Shown: positions 45,510-54,755, numbered from the stretch's first letter. The stretch is DNA of 64,000 nt from an uncultured Bacilli bacterium (GCA_934085585.1 CAKOHI010000001.1:8549-72548); one strand, 5' to 3'. Translations and numbers: made by a program. The notes: generated by a model from the letters alone, not told the origin.

Positions 45510-47417
45510 TTAATATTCTTCATCTACTACTAGAGCGAAAATAACATTATCATACAATGAAACATTAATTGTATTATCTTGTTCATTTATAGAATTTGGA
45601 TCTACCATCCAAAAATCATCCGTAGAAGGATTGTACTCTATAATTTGCAAGGTCTCCATATTGTTATTCAGGTATGGAACTGATAAAAGAATCTCATATC
45701 TAGAATCTTCATCTACATTAATACCTGATGAATCATTTACTTTAAATATATAAGGAAGTGAAATAACTTCTTTACCTTCAAGTTTTTCAGCTATTTCTTC
45801 TCTTCCCGCTAAAATATCTTCATCTGTTATATTTTGAAAATCATTAAAGGCACTTAAATCTTCTTTATACAATGATTTTAGTTTTATTAATGCCTCGTCA
45901 GAGGCACTTGAATTATTCGGCATGTTTTTAAAGTTTTTTTCAGTAAAATTAAATATAGAAACACCTTCTGTTTTTGCATTTATATAATACCTATCAGTGG
46001 TATCAGGATATATTTTTATAACAGCTCCTTCTTTTAAAACTTTATCAAGATTTACATGATACTCATTAGCTGTGTAACCCCATGGGTTATATTCACTATT
46101 TATCCATTCTTTTAAGGTCATACCATTTTCAGCATTATAACTAGCATCTTCAAATGTAAAAGTTATTAAATTATTGGAATTTTCTATTTTTTCACTAACT
46201 ACATAACTATTTGAATACTTTCCGTTCGTATCCATTACTTTTACCATTATTCTATAACTTCCACCGTTAAGATTACTAAATGTATAACTATTACTTGTAC
46301 TTTCTATATATGTACTCCCATTATCTATTGAATAATAATATTTTGATATATTATTTGTTCCTTTGGTTGCACTTACTGTTGCTGTGATGGAACTTGATGT
46401 TGTACTTGTTTCTACTTTATTTATTGTTGGATACACATATGATCCTGAATAAACATTGTATTCATATGTATTTGTCTTTACTTTTCTTTTATCAACTGCA
46501 TATGCTGATACTTTGTAATCTTTTGTACTACTTAAATTCGTAAATGTATATGTACTTGAATTACTTTCTATATATGTCAGATTACTTACTGCTAGTCTTT
46601 TACTTAATCTTTGTACTTTATTTGTATTATCTAACATAGCTATTCCATTTGTTTCTTCGATTGCATAATAATATTTATCTATCTCATTACTTCCTTGTTC
46701 TACATTTAAGTTTACTGTTAAGTTTGTTCCACTTTTTGTTGCTGACAATGTATTAATTGTATTTGGTGTATAATTATCAAATGAATCTTTACTTATTAAT
46801 ATTTGGCCTGCAAATGATTTTCCGGCATTTGCTGATTGATCTTTATTATAATTTACAAATGTTATCTTTATTGTCCATTCTTCTGTTTTTGTACTAGTTG
46901 TTGTTATTGCTCTATTTGTAAATAGATTTATTAATCCTGTTTTATTTGTTATATCAAATCCTGATATTGATGTATTTTTATTATCTGTTACTGTTTTGTA
47001 TGTTAGACCATCTATACTTGTAATAGAATTATTACTTGCATCTGTTATTTGAAGTAATAATTCTGGTGTACTTGTATCTTGTGTATATGTAAAATTATTA
47101 TCTGATATATTTAGATATAAATTATAATTATTAGTTGCAGTATTTGTTTTGTTATTTGCAGTTAATATTGCTTTAGCAAATGTAGTATCAGATAGACTTG
47201 CTTTACCATTAGCAAATGTATCTTGGTCAGCTGTAAAAGTTAGTGAAGAACCGGTTTCAAAAGATAGAGTATCAACGGTATTTGCATTAATTTTCACATC
47301 TGTTTGTGAACCTTCCCCGGTTTGGGCTTGAAAATAAGCATATGTTGCCGTTATCACAGTTAAAACTAATGCTATTATTGCAATAGAAGATACTATTTTT
47401 GTCTTTTTATTTTCCAT
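45510..47417 (-). CDS. surface protein: TasA/SipW-type signal-like N-terminus, two Fn3-like repeats and a C-terminal domain
   Basis: MENKKTKIVSSIAIIALVLTVITATYAYFQAQTGE resembles SipW-dependent signals (..TxAyFsd..). Repeated ...YIES.S.(S)YTF(T/S)NL....Y...(A/V)(Y/K)..D... modules follow. 635 aa. Confidence 0.6.
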   Translation of the reverse strand: MENKKTKIVSSIAIIALVLTVITATYAYFQAQTGEGSQTDVKINANTVDTLSFETGSSLTFTADQDTFANGKASLSDTTFAKAILTANNKTNTATNNYNLYLNISDNNFTYTQDTSTPELLLQITDASNNSITSIDGLTYKTVTDNKNTSISGFDITNKTGLINLFTNRAITTTSTKTEEWTIKITFVNYNKDQSANAGKSFAGQILISKDSFDNYTPNTINTLSATKSGTNLTVNLNVEQGSNEIDKYYYAIEETNGIAMLDNTNKVQRLSKRLAVSNLTYIESNSSTYTFTNLSSTKDYKVSAYAVDKRKVKTNTYEYNVYSGSYVYPTINKVETSTTSSSITATVSATKGTNNISKYYYSIDNGSTYIESTSNSYTFSNLNGGSYRIMVKVMDTNGKYSNSYVVSEKIENSNNLITFTFEDASYNAENGMTLKEWINSEYNPWGYTANEYHVNLDKVLKEGAVIKIYPDTTDRYYINAKTEGVSIFNFTEKNFKNMPNNSSASDEALIKLKSLYKEDLSAFNDFQNITDEDILAGREEIAEKLEGKEVISLPYIFKVNDSSGINVDEDSRYEILLSVPYLNNNMETLQIIEYNPSTDDFWMVDPNSINEQDNTINVSLYDNVIFALVVDEEY

Positions 47418-47461
47418 ACTACTACCATCCTTATGTTTATTAGAAATATTATATCATGAAT

Positions 47462-47476
47462 ATTACAAATTGTAAT
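47462..47476. promoter_or_regulatory. perfect 15-bp palindrome ATTACAAATTGTAAT in a divergent promoter region (candidate operator)
   Basis: Lies between the surface-protein gene (start 47417) and the RHH gene (start 47541). Related half-sites (cagatttgtg, acaaatttgt) follow it. Confidence 0.4.
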
Positions 47477-47540
47477 CAGATTTGTGTTACTTTTATAATA
47501 CAAATTTGTTTGTTATTATTTCATTGAGAGGTTTAATATA

Positions 47541-47747
47541 ATGCGTAAATTTATTATACCCAAAATAGAAGAGGAAAATACTATTACTAAAACTATTAGA
47601 ATAAAAAGAAATACTGCCGACAAGTTAAAAAAATTGGCAGTTAATAATAATATAACTTTTAATAGATTAGTAAATGAGTGTATTGATTATACTCTTCAAA
47701 ATATGGAAGAAGATACTAATAAGAAAGTTCAAATTCAAAATAATTAG
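47541..47747 (+). CDS. ribbon-helix-helix (CopG/Arc-like) small DNA-binding protein
   Basis: 68 aa. ...TKTIRIKRNTADKLKKLAVNNNITFNRLVNECIDYTL fits a beta-strand, helix, helix pattern. GAGAGG RBS. Confidence 0.5.
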   Translation: MRKFIIPKIEEENTITKTIRIKRNTADKLKKLAVNNNITFNRLVNECIDYTLQNMEEDTNKKVQIQNN

Positions 47748-47840
47748 TATCTTATTTTGCAAAATACTATGCGATATATAATTCGCATTGTATTTTAGAT
47801 ATTACTTATATTATGATACGCTTGACAAGGTGAGCGTGTA

Positions 47841-48083
47841 ATGAAAATTAAGGTAAGTGACTATACCACAAATGAAATAATTAAAATAATGAGAGAGTAT
47901 GTTGATAGAACTCAATTTGAATTTGCAGATGATTGTAATTTAAACCGAAGAAGCATACAAAATTATGAATATGGTACTGTTAATTATACTTTTGAAACAT
48001 TAGTGAAAATTGCTAAATTTTATCATTTTGAAATTACTATTGAAAGCACCGTGAAAACAGAACAAATGATAAATAAATATTAA
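47841..48083 (+). CDS. XRE-family helix-turn-helix protein
   Basis: 80 aa. ...RTQFEFADDCNLNRRSIQNYEYGTVNYTFETLVKIAKFY is an HTH_3-like core. Confidence 0.6.
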   Translation: MKIKVSDYTTNEIIKIMREYVDRTQFEFADDCNLNRRSIQNYEYGTVNYTFETLVKIAKFYHFEITIESTVKTEQMINKY

Positions 48084-48769
48084 TTTTTGTAAATGTTATA
48101 TATCATTTTAGCTATTTCTTTGTGGGCCAAATAATTCATGTAATATGATTCTTTTTCTAAATAGTATTTTTCATTTAATGATAAAGCTATTATGTCAAGA
48201 AAATAAGCATTGTATTTTCCACATATTTTTTTTAAATTAGAATTTATTTCTATAGCATCTTTTTTTGTTAAGTTATTGGCTGGATATAATCCTAAAACGA
48301 TTATATCTTTTTCATAAAAGTCTCTAATTTTGGATAATAAACCATTCATTTCATTTAAATAAGTATAAATCATTTCATCAGTTACTTTGTCTACTAGAGA
48401 AATACTGGCCAATTCATCTATACCTATAGCTATTGTTACTATATCCGATTTAGCAATTATTTGTTTAATCGGAATTTTTGTTGTTTTTCCATAATTATTT
48501 TCATCTATTTGTTCATTTAATTCATGAATCGTTTGATGAACATAAGAAAATTCATAGTTATAACTAGACAAATTATTTTCTTTGTCTAATTTTTCTTTTA
48601 AATAATCATTAAAACTAGTCCCTACGACGTTATATGGTGTCATTCCAGCACTTAATCCGTCCCCAAGTGCAGTAATATTAGTTTTTGATATTACATGAAA
48701 ACTATTTATTATTATAGTTAAAATAATGCCAATAACGATTATTAATAAAAGTTGATATCTTCTTTTCAT
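48080..48769 (-). CDS. SGNH/GDSL-like hydrolase, membrane anchored (block I variant GDGLSAG)
   Basis: N-terminal TM. ITALGDGLSAGMTP instead of GDSxxxG. IAIGIDEL and LGLYP blocks. 229 aa. Confidence 0.6.
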   Translation of the reverse strand: MKRRYQLLLIIVIGIILTIIINSFHVISKTNITALGDGLSAGMTPYNVVGTSFNDYLKEKLDKENNLSSYNYEFSYVHQTIHELNEQIDENNYGKTTKIPIKQIIAKSDIVTIAIGIDELASISLVDKVTDEMIYTYLNEMNGLLSKIRDFYEKDIIVLGLYPANNLTKKDAIEINSNLKKICGKYNAYFLDIIALSLNEKYYLEKESYYMNYLAHKEIAKMIYNIYKN

Positions 48770-48810
48770 AAAAAAGCCCCCATTAAAAAATGTAAAGATT
48801 TCTCTTTACA

Positions 48811-50064
48811 TTATATTTCTTCTATTTTAATATTAGCACCAACATGTGACAATTTGTTAATTATTCTTTCATAACCGCGAAGAATATGTTCAGCATCATT
48901 TATTATAGTTGTTCCTTCTGCTAAAAGACCAGCTGTTACTAAAGCGGCTCCAGCTCGAAGATCGGTTGCTGTTATTTCTTTACCATATAATTTTGTTGGA
49001 CCAGTTATTTTAGCATGTTGTCTTTCAGCTTCAATATTTGCTCCCATCATGTTTAGATATTTAACATGCCCCATTCTATTTTCCCAAATGGTTTCTTCAA
49101 ATAAAGATATACCATTTGCTTGTGTTAATAAAACTGACATTGGTTGTCCTAAATCTGTTGGAAAGCCAGGATATACCACGGTTCTTACATTTGTGGGCTT
49201 TAAATTTGAACTTTTATTTAATATCATTTTGTGGTTTTTTAGTTGAAAATTTACTCCCATCTCTTGAAGTTTATTAAGTAAAACAATGTTATGTTCAGGT
49301 ATCATTCCATCTATCTCTAAATTTTCTCCGAGTAAAGCTCCCATTATGATATACGTTCCTGCTTCTATTCTATCTGGAATAACCTTAATTTCAGCACTAT
49401 GAAGTTTATCTACGCCTTCAATTGTTATTTCTTCTGTTCCTGCTCCAGTTATTTTAGCTCCCATATTATTTAATAAATCAGCTATATTCACAATTTCGGC
49501 TTCACGAGCTGCATTTTTTATCGTAGTTGTTCCTTGTGCCATACTTGCAGCAATCATCAAATTAATAGTGGCTCCGACGGATGCAAAATCTAAAAATATT
49601 TCTGCTCCGTGTAATTCTTTGGCATCTATAATATATTTTGTATTTTCTTTAGTGATATTGGCACCAAGAGATTCAAAACCTTTTAAATGCAAATCAATAG
49701 GTCTTGATCCAATATTACATCCACCTGGAAAATACATTTCAACATGCTTGAATCTGGCTAGTAAAGATCCCATAAAATAATATGATGCTCGAAGTTTATT
49801 ACTTAAATTTTCTGAAATTACAACATTTTTCATTTCACTAGCATCAATATCAATTGTATCTTTGTTGTTAATAACTTTGACATTTAATAATTTTAAAATA
49901 TCTATTAAGGCATCTCTATCAGATATGTTTGGAACGTTAGAAATATGAACATTTCCTTGCGCCATAATAGCTGCAGGTATTAAAGCTACTACACTATTTT
50001 TAGCTCCTCCAATTTTTATTTTTCCACTTAAAGGTCTGTTTCCTTCAATTATTATTCTCTTCAA
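48811..50064 (-). CDS. murA: UDP-N-acetylglucosamine 1-carboxyvinyltransferase
   Basis: 417 aa. ...GGAKNSV..., catalytic-loop Cys in ...FPGGCNIGSRPIDLHL.... TTG start with AAGAGGTG RBS. Confidence 0.93.
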   Translation of the reverse strand: MKRIIIEGNRPLSGKIKIGGAKNSVVALIPAAIMAQGNVHISNVPNISDRDALIDILKLLNVKVINNKDTIDIDASEMKNVVISENLSNKLRASYYFMGSLLARFKHVEMYFPGGCNIGSRPIDLHLKGFESLGANITKENTKYIIDAKELHGAEIFLDFASVGATINLMIAASMAQGTTTIKNAAREAEIVNIADLLNNMGAKITGAGTEEITIEGVDKLHSAEIKVIPDRIEAGTYIIMGALLGENLEIDGMIPEHNIVLLNKLQEMGVNFQLKNHKMILNKSSNLKPTNVRTVVYPGFPTDLGQPMSVLLTQANGISLFEETIWENRMGHVKYLNMMGANIEAERQHAKITGPTKLYGKEITATDLRAGAALVTAGLLAEGTTIINDAEHILRGYERIINKLSHVGANIKIEEI

Positions 50065-50089
50065 AATAATTCACCTCTTAATAATATTT

Positions 50090-50275
50090 ATGGCATGTTT
50101 AAAAAATTATTATTGTTCTTTTCACATGTCTGAACAAAACTTAAATTTCTAACGAAATTCAAGTATCTATGTTACCTCACGGTAACACATTTCTGTTTCA
50201 TTGAAACCTTTAGTTTCTCCACAGACCAATTTTGGATGGTTGCCACCCTACTTGTTTTTATTTTTTTGTTCTTAT
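50090..50275 (-). ncRNA. structured omega-RNA/right-end-like tail of an IS605-family element (remnant)
   Basis: Directly follows the TnpB stub. Locally GC-richer, with several tight hairpins on the minus strand (gaaac-taaag-gtttc, gtttc-aat-gaaac, tgttacc-gtga-ggtaaca, gggtggcaaccatcc). Ends about 25 nt before the murA RBS. Confidence 0.35.
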
Positions 50276-50548
50276 TTATATTATACATTGTTTCATATAT
50301 ATTTTCAATCCTTCAAACATTATATTTATACTTGCGTTTATATCTCTATTATGTACTAATCCACATTTTGGACATATCCACATTCTTACACTTAAATTCT
50401 TTACTTTTTCATTCTTAAATCCACATCTATTACAACTTTGACTACTTGGATAGTATTTATTTATCTCAATTACTTTTTTACCTAACCAATTTGATTTGTA
50501 TTTTAAGACTCGTATAAATTCACTGATTGGTAAGTTTTTTATTATAAA
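50276..50548 (-). pseudogene. TnpB (IS200/IS605 OrfB) C-terminal fragment
   Basis: ...ISEFIRVLKYKSNWLGKKVIEINKYYPSSQSCNRCGFKNEKVKNLSVRMWICPKCGLVHNRDINASINI... is the RuvC-III plus zinc-finger end of TnpB. It has no start codon and no N-terminal ~300 aa. Confidence 0.75.
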
Positions 50549-50626
50549 TTAAAAGTATGGTAGAGATTCCACATATTTTTATCTCCTTTTGCAAGACAAA
50601 ATAAAAAATGATCGAACTATAATTTC

Positions 50627-50824
50627 TTATTCCATAATATTTATATTTCTTGCAATCTTTATATTAGAAAGTTTTACTTCTAATCTAAATTCAACTATAT
50701 CACCTATTTTAATATTTTGATTAAAGGATATATCCTTAACATCAAAATCAACCAATTCGTTATCTTGAGTTAAAATTGTACCATATTTACCATTATATGT
50801 ATTTATTTTGCCTATTAATTTCAT
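50627..50824 (-). CDS. 65-aa OB/cold-shock-like small protein
   Basis: AAGGAGGG RBS. ...GKINTYNGKYGTILTQDNELVDFDVKDIS...IGDIVEF loosely resembles a CSD/S1-like beta-barrel. Confidence 0.45.
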   Translation of the reverse strand: MKLIGKINTYNGKYGTILTQDNELVDFDVKDISFNQNIKIGDIVEFRLEVKLSNIKIARNINIME

Positions 50825-51133
50825 AAATACCCTCCTTATATTTTAAGGTAGTGTGAATAGTTTCATACATTTTTTCCTTATTTCACAATGATTTTTCTAT
50901 ATTTTGTTATAACCCTCTTATTTTAGGTGTTTTTTTATAGAAATTTTATTTTATATCTATCAAAAAATGACATATTCCTCTATAATTATTTTAGAACAAA
51001 CAATGTCATGTCTAAAATAATATCTCTTTTTATTAAATTTTTAAATAGAATTAATAAAATTATTTGGAAAATTATCATTTTTTATCAAAATTAATCAATT
51101 TAATCATGTTGATAATAAACCAGAAAACGTTAA

Positions 51134-51373
51134 TATCGTTTATTTAATGTTGATGAACCAGCAATTATCGAACTTTTTGTTAAAATTGAACACAAAGATT
51201 ACAAACAACTTATCAAAGATAATAACATCAAACCAATAAAACGTCGTAATGGTAAGAACATTACCATAGATGTTAAATGCCCACGCTGTGGTGCTCCTAA
51301 AGATTATCTTTATGATAATACTGGTAAACAACATCAATTTGAGTGTAAAGTTTGTTCCTATGTTTTTTATTAA
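51134..51373 (+). pseudogene. zinc-ribbon N-terminal fragment of a transposase-like protein (family unassigned)
   Basis: Open frame without a start codon: ...IKPIKRRNGKNITIDVKCPRCGAPKDYLYDNTGKQHQFECKVCSYVFY-stop. The CxxC...CxxC pattern is typical of IS transposase N-termini. Confidence 0.3.
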
Positions 51374-51494
51374 TTCTATTTTCAAAGATCATTTTTTTCT
51401 ATCTTTTTTGATAGATTTATATCAAGATTTTCATCTTAATAACATTTTTATCTAGTATAACTAGTTTTCCATAAAACTTTTCACACTATCTATT

Positions 51495-54400
51495 TTAACG
51501 TTTAATTTCTTGAGTCTCATGCATAGTTTTTTGTTCTTCGTTTTTTGAATTTATTCCTAAAGCGATTTTTATCTGTTCAATTTCTTCTATTGCCCTAGCA
51601 TCATTTATTGGTAAAACAAGTTCTTCCACAGTTCCATCACCTTTAATAGCGATATACCAATCTTCTCCGCATACTACTTTTATATACTCTTTAGAATAAA
51701 ATGGTTCAAAATTTCTAGACATATTTTCTTTGTTTTCAGGATTAATTTCCATAGTTATTCTTAAAGCACGTAATCTAGTTATTTCAGTCTCCATTGGTTG
51801 ATAAGTTATTTTTTTTCTAGGTTTTTGATAAGTAACTTTTGGCTCAATATCAAAATTTAATTTTAATTCTTTTTCTTCAAATCCTTGCATTTTTCTTTTT
51901 GAACTTAATAGTAAAGCAGAATTAGAAAAATCAGCATGAGAGAAATTATTAACAAATCTACTATCTTTTACTGAAATATAATTATCATTACTCCAACAAG
52001 AAGAGCTATTTACAAAAACATAATCAATATTGTCATTGCTTGAAATTGATTGTTGTATAATTTGATCAGCAATTGATTTGTATAAATCTATTGGTAAGTT
52101 TTCACCACCGTGTGTTACCATTTGAATAATATTTCCTCTTCTAAAAAGAAGTATTCTAGAAATAAGTCTTTTTTGAAGATCTCTAATTAAAATTACATCT
52201 CCTGAATTTTGTAGCAGCACTTCATTATATGTTTTTATACCTGCTGGATTTAACAAATCTATACAACTATCCTTGCTAGGCTTTTTACCTATAAGTAATC
52301 TTTCAGGATCAGAATACATACCGGATTCTAAATAATAATTTTTAGTTTGTAAAAAAATTGAAGGAATATTACCACTTTGTTTATTCACCATTTGTGTATA
52401 AAATTCCAAATATTTAGAACTGTTGTATTCACCAACTTCAGATACAATTCCTCTACCTAATGCAAATAAAGTTATATCATCTATTGAACTGTACGCATTA
52501 GCCAAAGAAATCAAATCATCAATTTTCTTTAAAACAATAGTAGTAAAATCTAAATTTTCTAAAACATCCATTGTACCCATGATTTTAGTTTTAATTCTAT
52601 CATAATCAACTAATATATTAATGAATGTATTTATATCTAATTCATCAATTAAATTTATAAAAGGTAGTAAGAATGAAATATCTCTAATTAAATCTTTATT
52701 ATCTAATATTTTTACTATAGTTTCTTCATCAAGATTAATTAATAATTTAGAAAGATTTTTTATGCACCTATCATTATCACCAATAACATAATTTGCTTGA
52801 TTTAGTCCACCTAATTTACTCTTTTCCCATTGTGAAATATGAGATTCCTCTTCCGTTAAGGTTACACTGTTTATAAATTTGAATTTAATTTGTTCAAATT
52901 TCTTCAAAATAAATTTAGATATTTCAAAATTATCAATTTTTAAGACACCAATAACTGCTTCATCAATTCTTCCATAACACTTAAATTCATTTGCAATATA
53001 ATTTAATCCTTGCATGTCTATTTGTATACCAGATTTTTTAATATCCTTATTATTTATAATTAAATTAATAACATTCTTAATTTCATTTATAAATTGTTCT
53101 TCGGTAATACCTAATTGTAGATAATTGCCTTCTCTAATACATTTTTCTATTTTATTAATTTTTCTTCCATTAAGAATTGCTGTCTTTTTCTTTTCAGTTA
53201 ATTTCATATTCTTTTCTATATCAGTTAATATTTTTCTTTTTTCGTTACTCATAAAATAATTTCTATGTTGATTTAGAATTTTATTACAAAATTCATTTGT
53301 AACGGTTAGATCAATAGATTGAGTATTAACATAGATATTGTAATAGTTTTCTATTTCATTTTTTAACTGTTCAATAGGAATTGTTTCTCCGGCAAAGGAG
53401 TAAAGTTCTTTAATATATTCAGAAATCAATTCATAATTTTTTGTGTCAACTACATTTCTAAACAATTGAATGAGCGAGTCATTTATTGCCACTATATCAG
53501 GATATTTGAATGAAAACTTATTTTGTGTATACCTTATGTTTACTATACCATCTACTACTTTATCAAGTACTTGTAAATATCCTTGTTGTATAGTTATGTC
53601 ATTTTCGTTTATAGAAAAATTAAAATATTCTAGTAATTCATTTATTTTTTTTATATCTACTTTACCACCAAATTTAGTATCTAAAAACGGTAATTTGTCA
53701 GTGGTTAATACATATGAATTACCTAAAACACTAGTAATGGCTTCTTCCTTTTTTTCACTTGTCAAATATGCAGAATATAAGGAAAATTCAGGAAACTTGC
53801 TCATTAATCTATAATTTTTAGTTAATGCAGGATTTTGTTCCAAGTCTTCTTTAGTAATTTTATATTTTTCTAATGTTTCTTCTATTAAAAAGTCATCTAT
53901 ATAGCAATTTTCTCCTAATAACCTTATTAATATAGGATTTTTCTTAATTGCATCTTCCATAATATACTGATTATTTCGTAAATTTATATTTTTTAACAAA
54001 TCTTCTTCGCTTGCAATAAATCCTCTTTCTCTTGCAGACATCACTGATTCATAAGTTATTTTCTCTGCATCAAAATATACAATCATTGATGGATCATTTA
54101 GAAAAGCCTTCAATATCAAAATATTATTATTTAATAAATAAGGATTCTTAATAAAATGAATTTTTTCAGGAATATAACCATTGCGTAAAGCAATTCTAAT
54201 AAGTTCATCAGAAGGTTTTTCTATTCTTAAAATTAAAATAGGATTTTCAGAAATTGCTCTTTTTATTAGTTTTTCACTTTTTAAAAATAAAGGGCTTTTA
54301 TTAATATCTTCTTCATCAGGGGTATAGTATGAGTCTTCTAATATGGATATAATATTTTCAGTTATTTGAGATTCGTTTAATTTTTTAATTAATGCAGGAA

Positions 54401-54755
54401 ATTCTTTGATAACAGATTCACATATTTTTGCATTTTGTAACAACATTGGATACTTATCAATATGATAAAATTGTATCTCTGAATCTAAATCTGCAATCTT
54501 ATTAATACATTCTACGGAAAAAGCTTCCGGTTCAAAATATTCAAAAGAATTTTTATTAATATCTAGCATATAATTTAATACTTTTGCATCTCTATTTAAG
54601 CTTTTATTTTTTCTAATATAAGAAACTGGAATATCTACTTTTTTTATTATTTGAAAAAAATCATCAATAGATAATTCAGAAAAATGATTTAACAAATATC
54701 TCTTTAACAAAGGTTTAGGTAACGACATTATTATTCTATTCATATTTGTACACAT
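51495..54755 (-). CDS. very large hypothetical protein (1086 aa), N-terminal helical repeats, no catalytic motif recognised
   Basis: Uninterrupted ORF. The N-terminal ~330 aa contain recurring ...(A/V)I.(E/K)NP.LI..(L/I)... units (AISENPILILRIEKPSDELIRIALRNGY; AIKKNPILIRLLGENCY; LEQNPALTKNYRLM), reminiscent of DUF4116-type repeats. No Walker A or HExxH. The real start may be the ATG at 54743. Confidence 0.6.
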   Translation of the reverse strand: MCTNMNRIIMSLPKPLLKRYLLNHFSELSIDDFFQIIKKVDIPVSYIRKNKSLNRDAKVLNYMLDINKNSFEYFEPEAFSVECINKIADLDSEIQFYHIDKYPMLLQNAKICESVIKEFPALIKKLNESQITENIISILEDSYYTPDEEDINKSPLFLKSEKLIKRAISENPILILRIEKPSDELIRIALRNGYIPEKIHFIKNPYLLNNNILILKAFLNDPSMIVYFDAEKITYESVMSARERGFIASEEDLLKNINLRNNQYIMEDAIKKNPILIRLLGENCYIDDFLIEETLEKYKITKEDLEQNPALTKNYRLMSKFPEFSLYSAYLTSEKKEEAITSVLGNSYVLTTDKLPFLDTKFGGKVDIKKINELLEYFNFSINENDITIQQGYLQVLDKVVDGIVNIRYTQNKFSFKYPDIVAINDSLIQLFRNVVDTKNYELISEYIKELYSFAGETIPIEQLKNEIENYYNIYVNTQSIDLTVTNEFCNKILNQHRNYFMSNEKRKILTDIEKNMKLTEKKKTAILNGRKINKIEKCIREGNYLQLGITEEQFINEIKNVINLIINNKDIKKSGIQIDMQGLNYIANEFKCYGRIDEAVIGVLKIDNFEISKFILKKFEQIKFKFINSVTLTEEESHISQWEKSKLGGLNQANYVIGDNDRCIKNLSKLLINLDEETIVKILDNKDLIRDISFLLPFINLIDELDINTFINILVDYDRIKTKIMGTMDVLENLDFTTIVLKKIDDLISLANAYSSIDDITLFALGRGIVSEVGEYNSSKYLEFYTQMVNKQSGNIPSIFLQTKNYYLESGMYSDPERLLIGKKPSKDSCIDLLNPAGIKTYNEVLLQNSGDVILIRDLQKRLISRILLFRRGNIIQMVTHGGENLPIDLYKSIADQIIQQSISSNDNIDYVFVNSSSCWSNDNYISVKDSRFVNNFSHADFSNSALLLSSKRKMQGFEEKELKLNFDIEPKVTYQKPRKKITYQPMETEITRLRALRITMEINPENKENMSRNFEPFYSKEYIKVVCGEDWYIAIKGDGTVEELVLPINDARAIEEIEQIKIALGINSKNEEQKTMHETQEIKR

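Noticed and set aside
43974-47417. Diversity-generating retroelement (template/variable repeat) explanation for the two related surface-gene segments
   Set aside because: There is no reverse transcriptase gene anywhere in the window. Differences between the copies involve all four bases rather than adenine-specific changes, and they include indels.
50232-50441. Two overlapping plus-strand ORFs (69 and 60 aa) upstream of murA
   Set aside because: They are antisense to the clearly recognisable TnpB C-terminal fragment and have a hydrophobic low-complexity mirror-frame composition.
51140-51455. 81-aa minus ORF and 61-aa plus ORF between the OB-like gene and the giant ORF
   Set aside because: The only frame with recognisable content here is the start-less plus-strand zinc-ribbon fragment (51134..51373). 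The track ORFs overlap it and lack RBSs.
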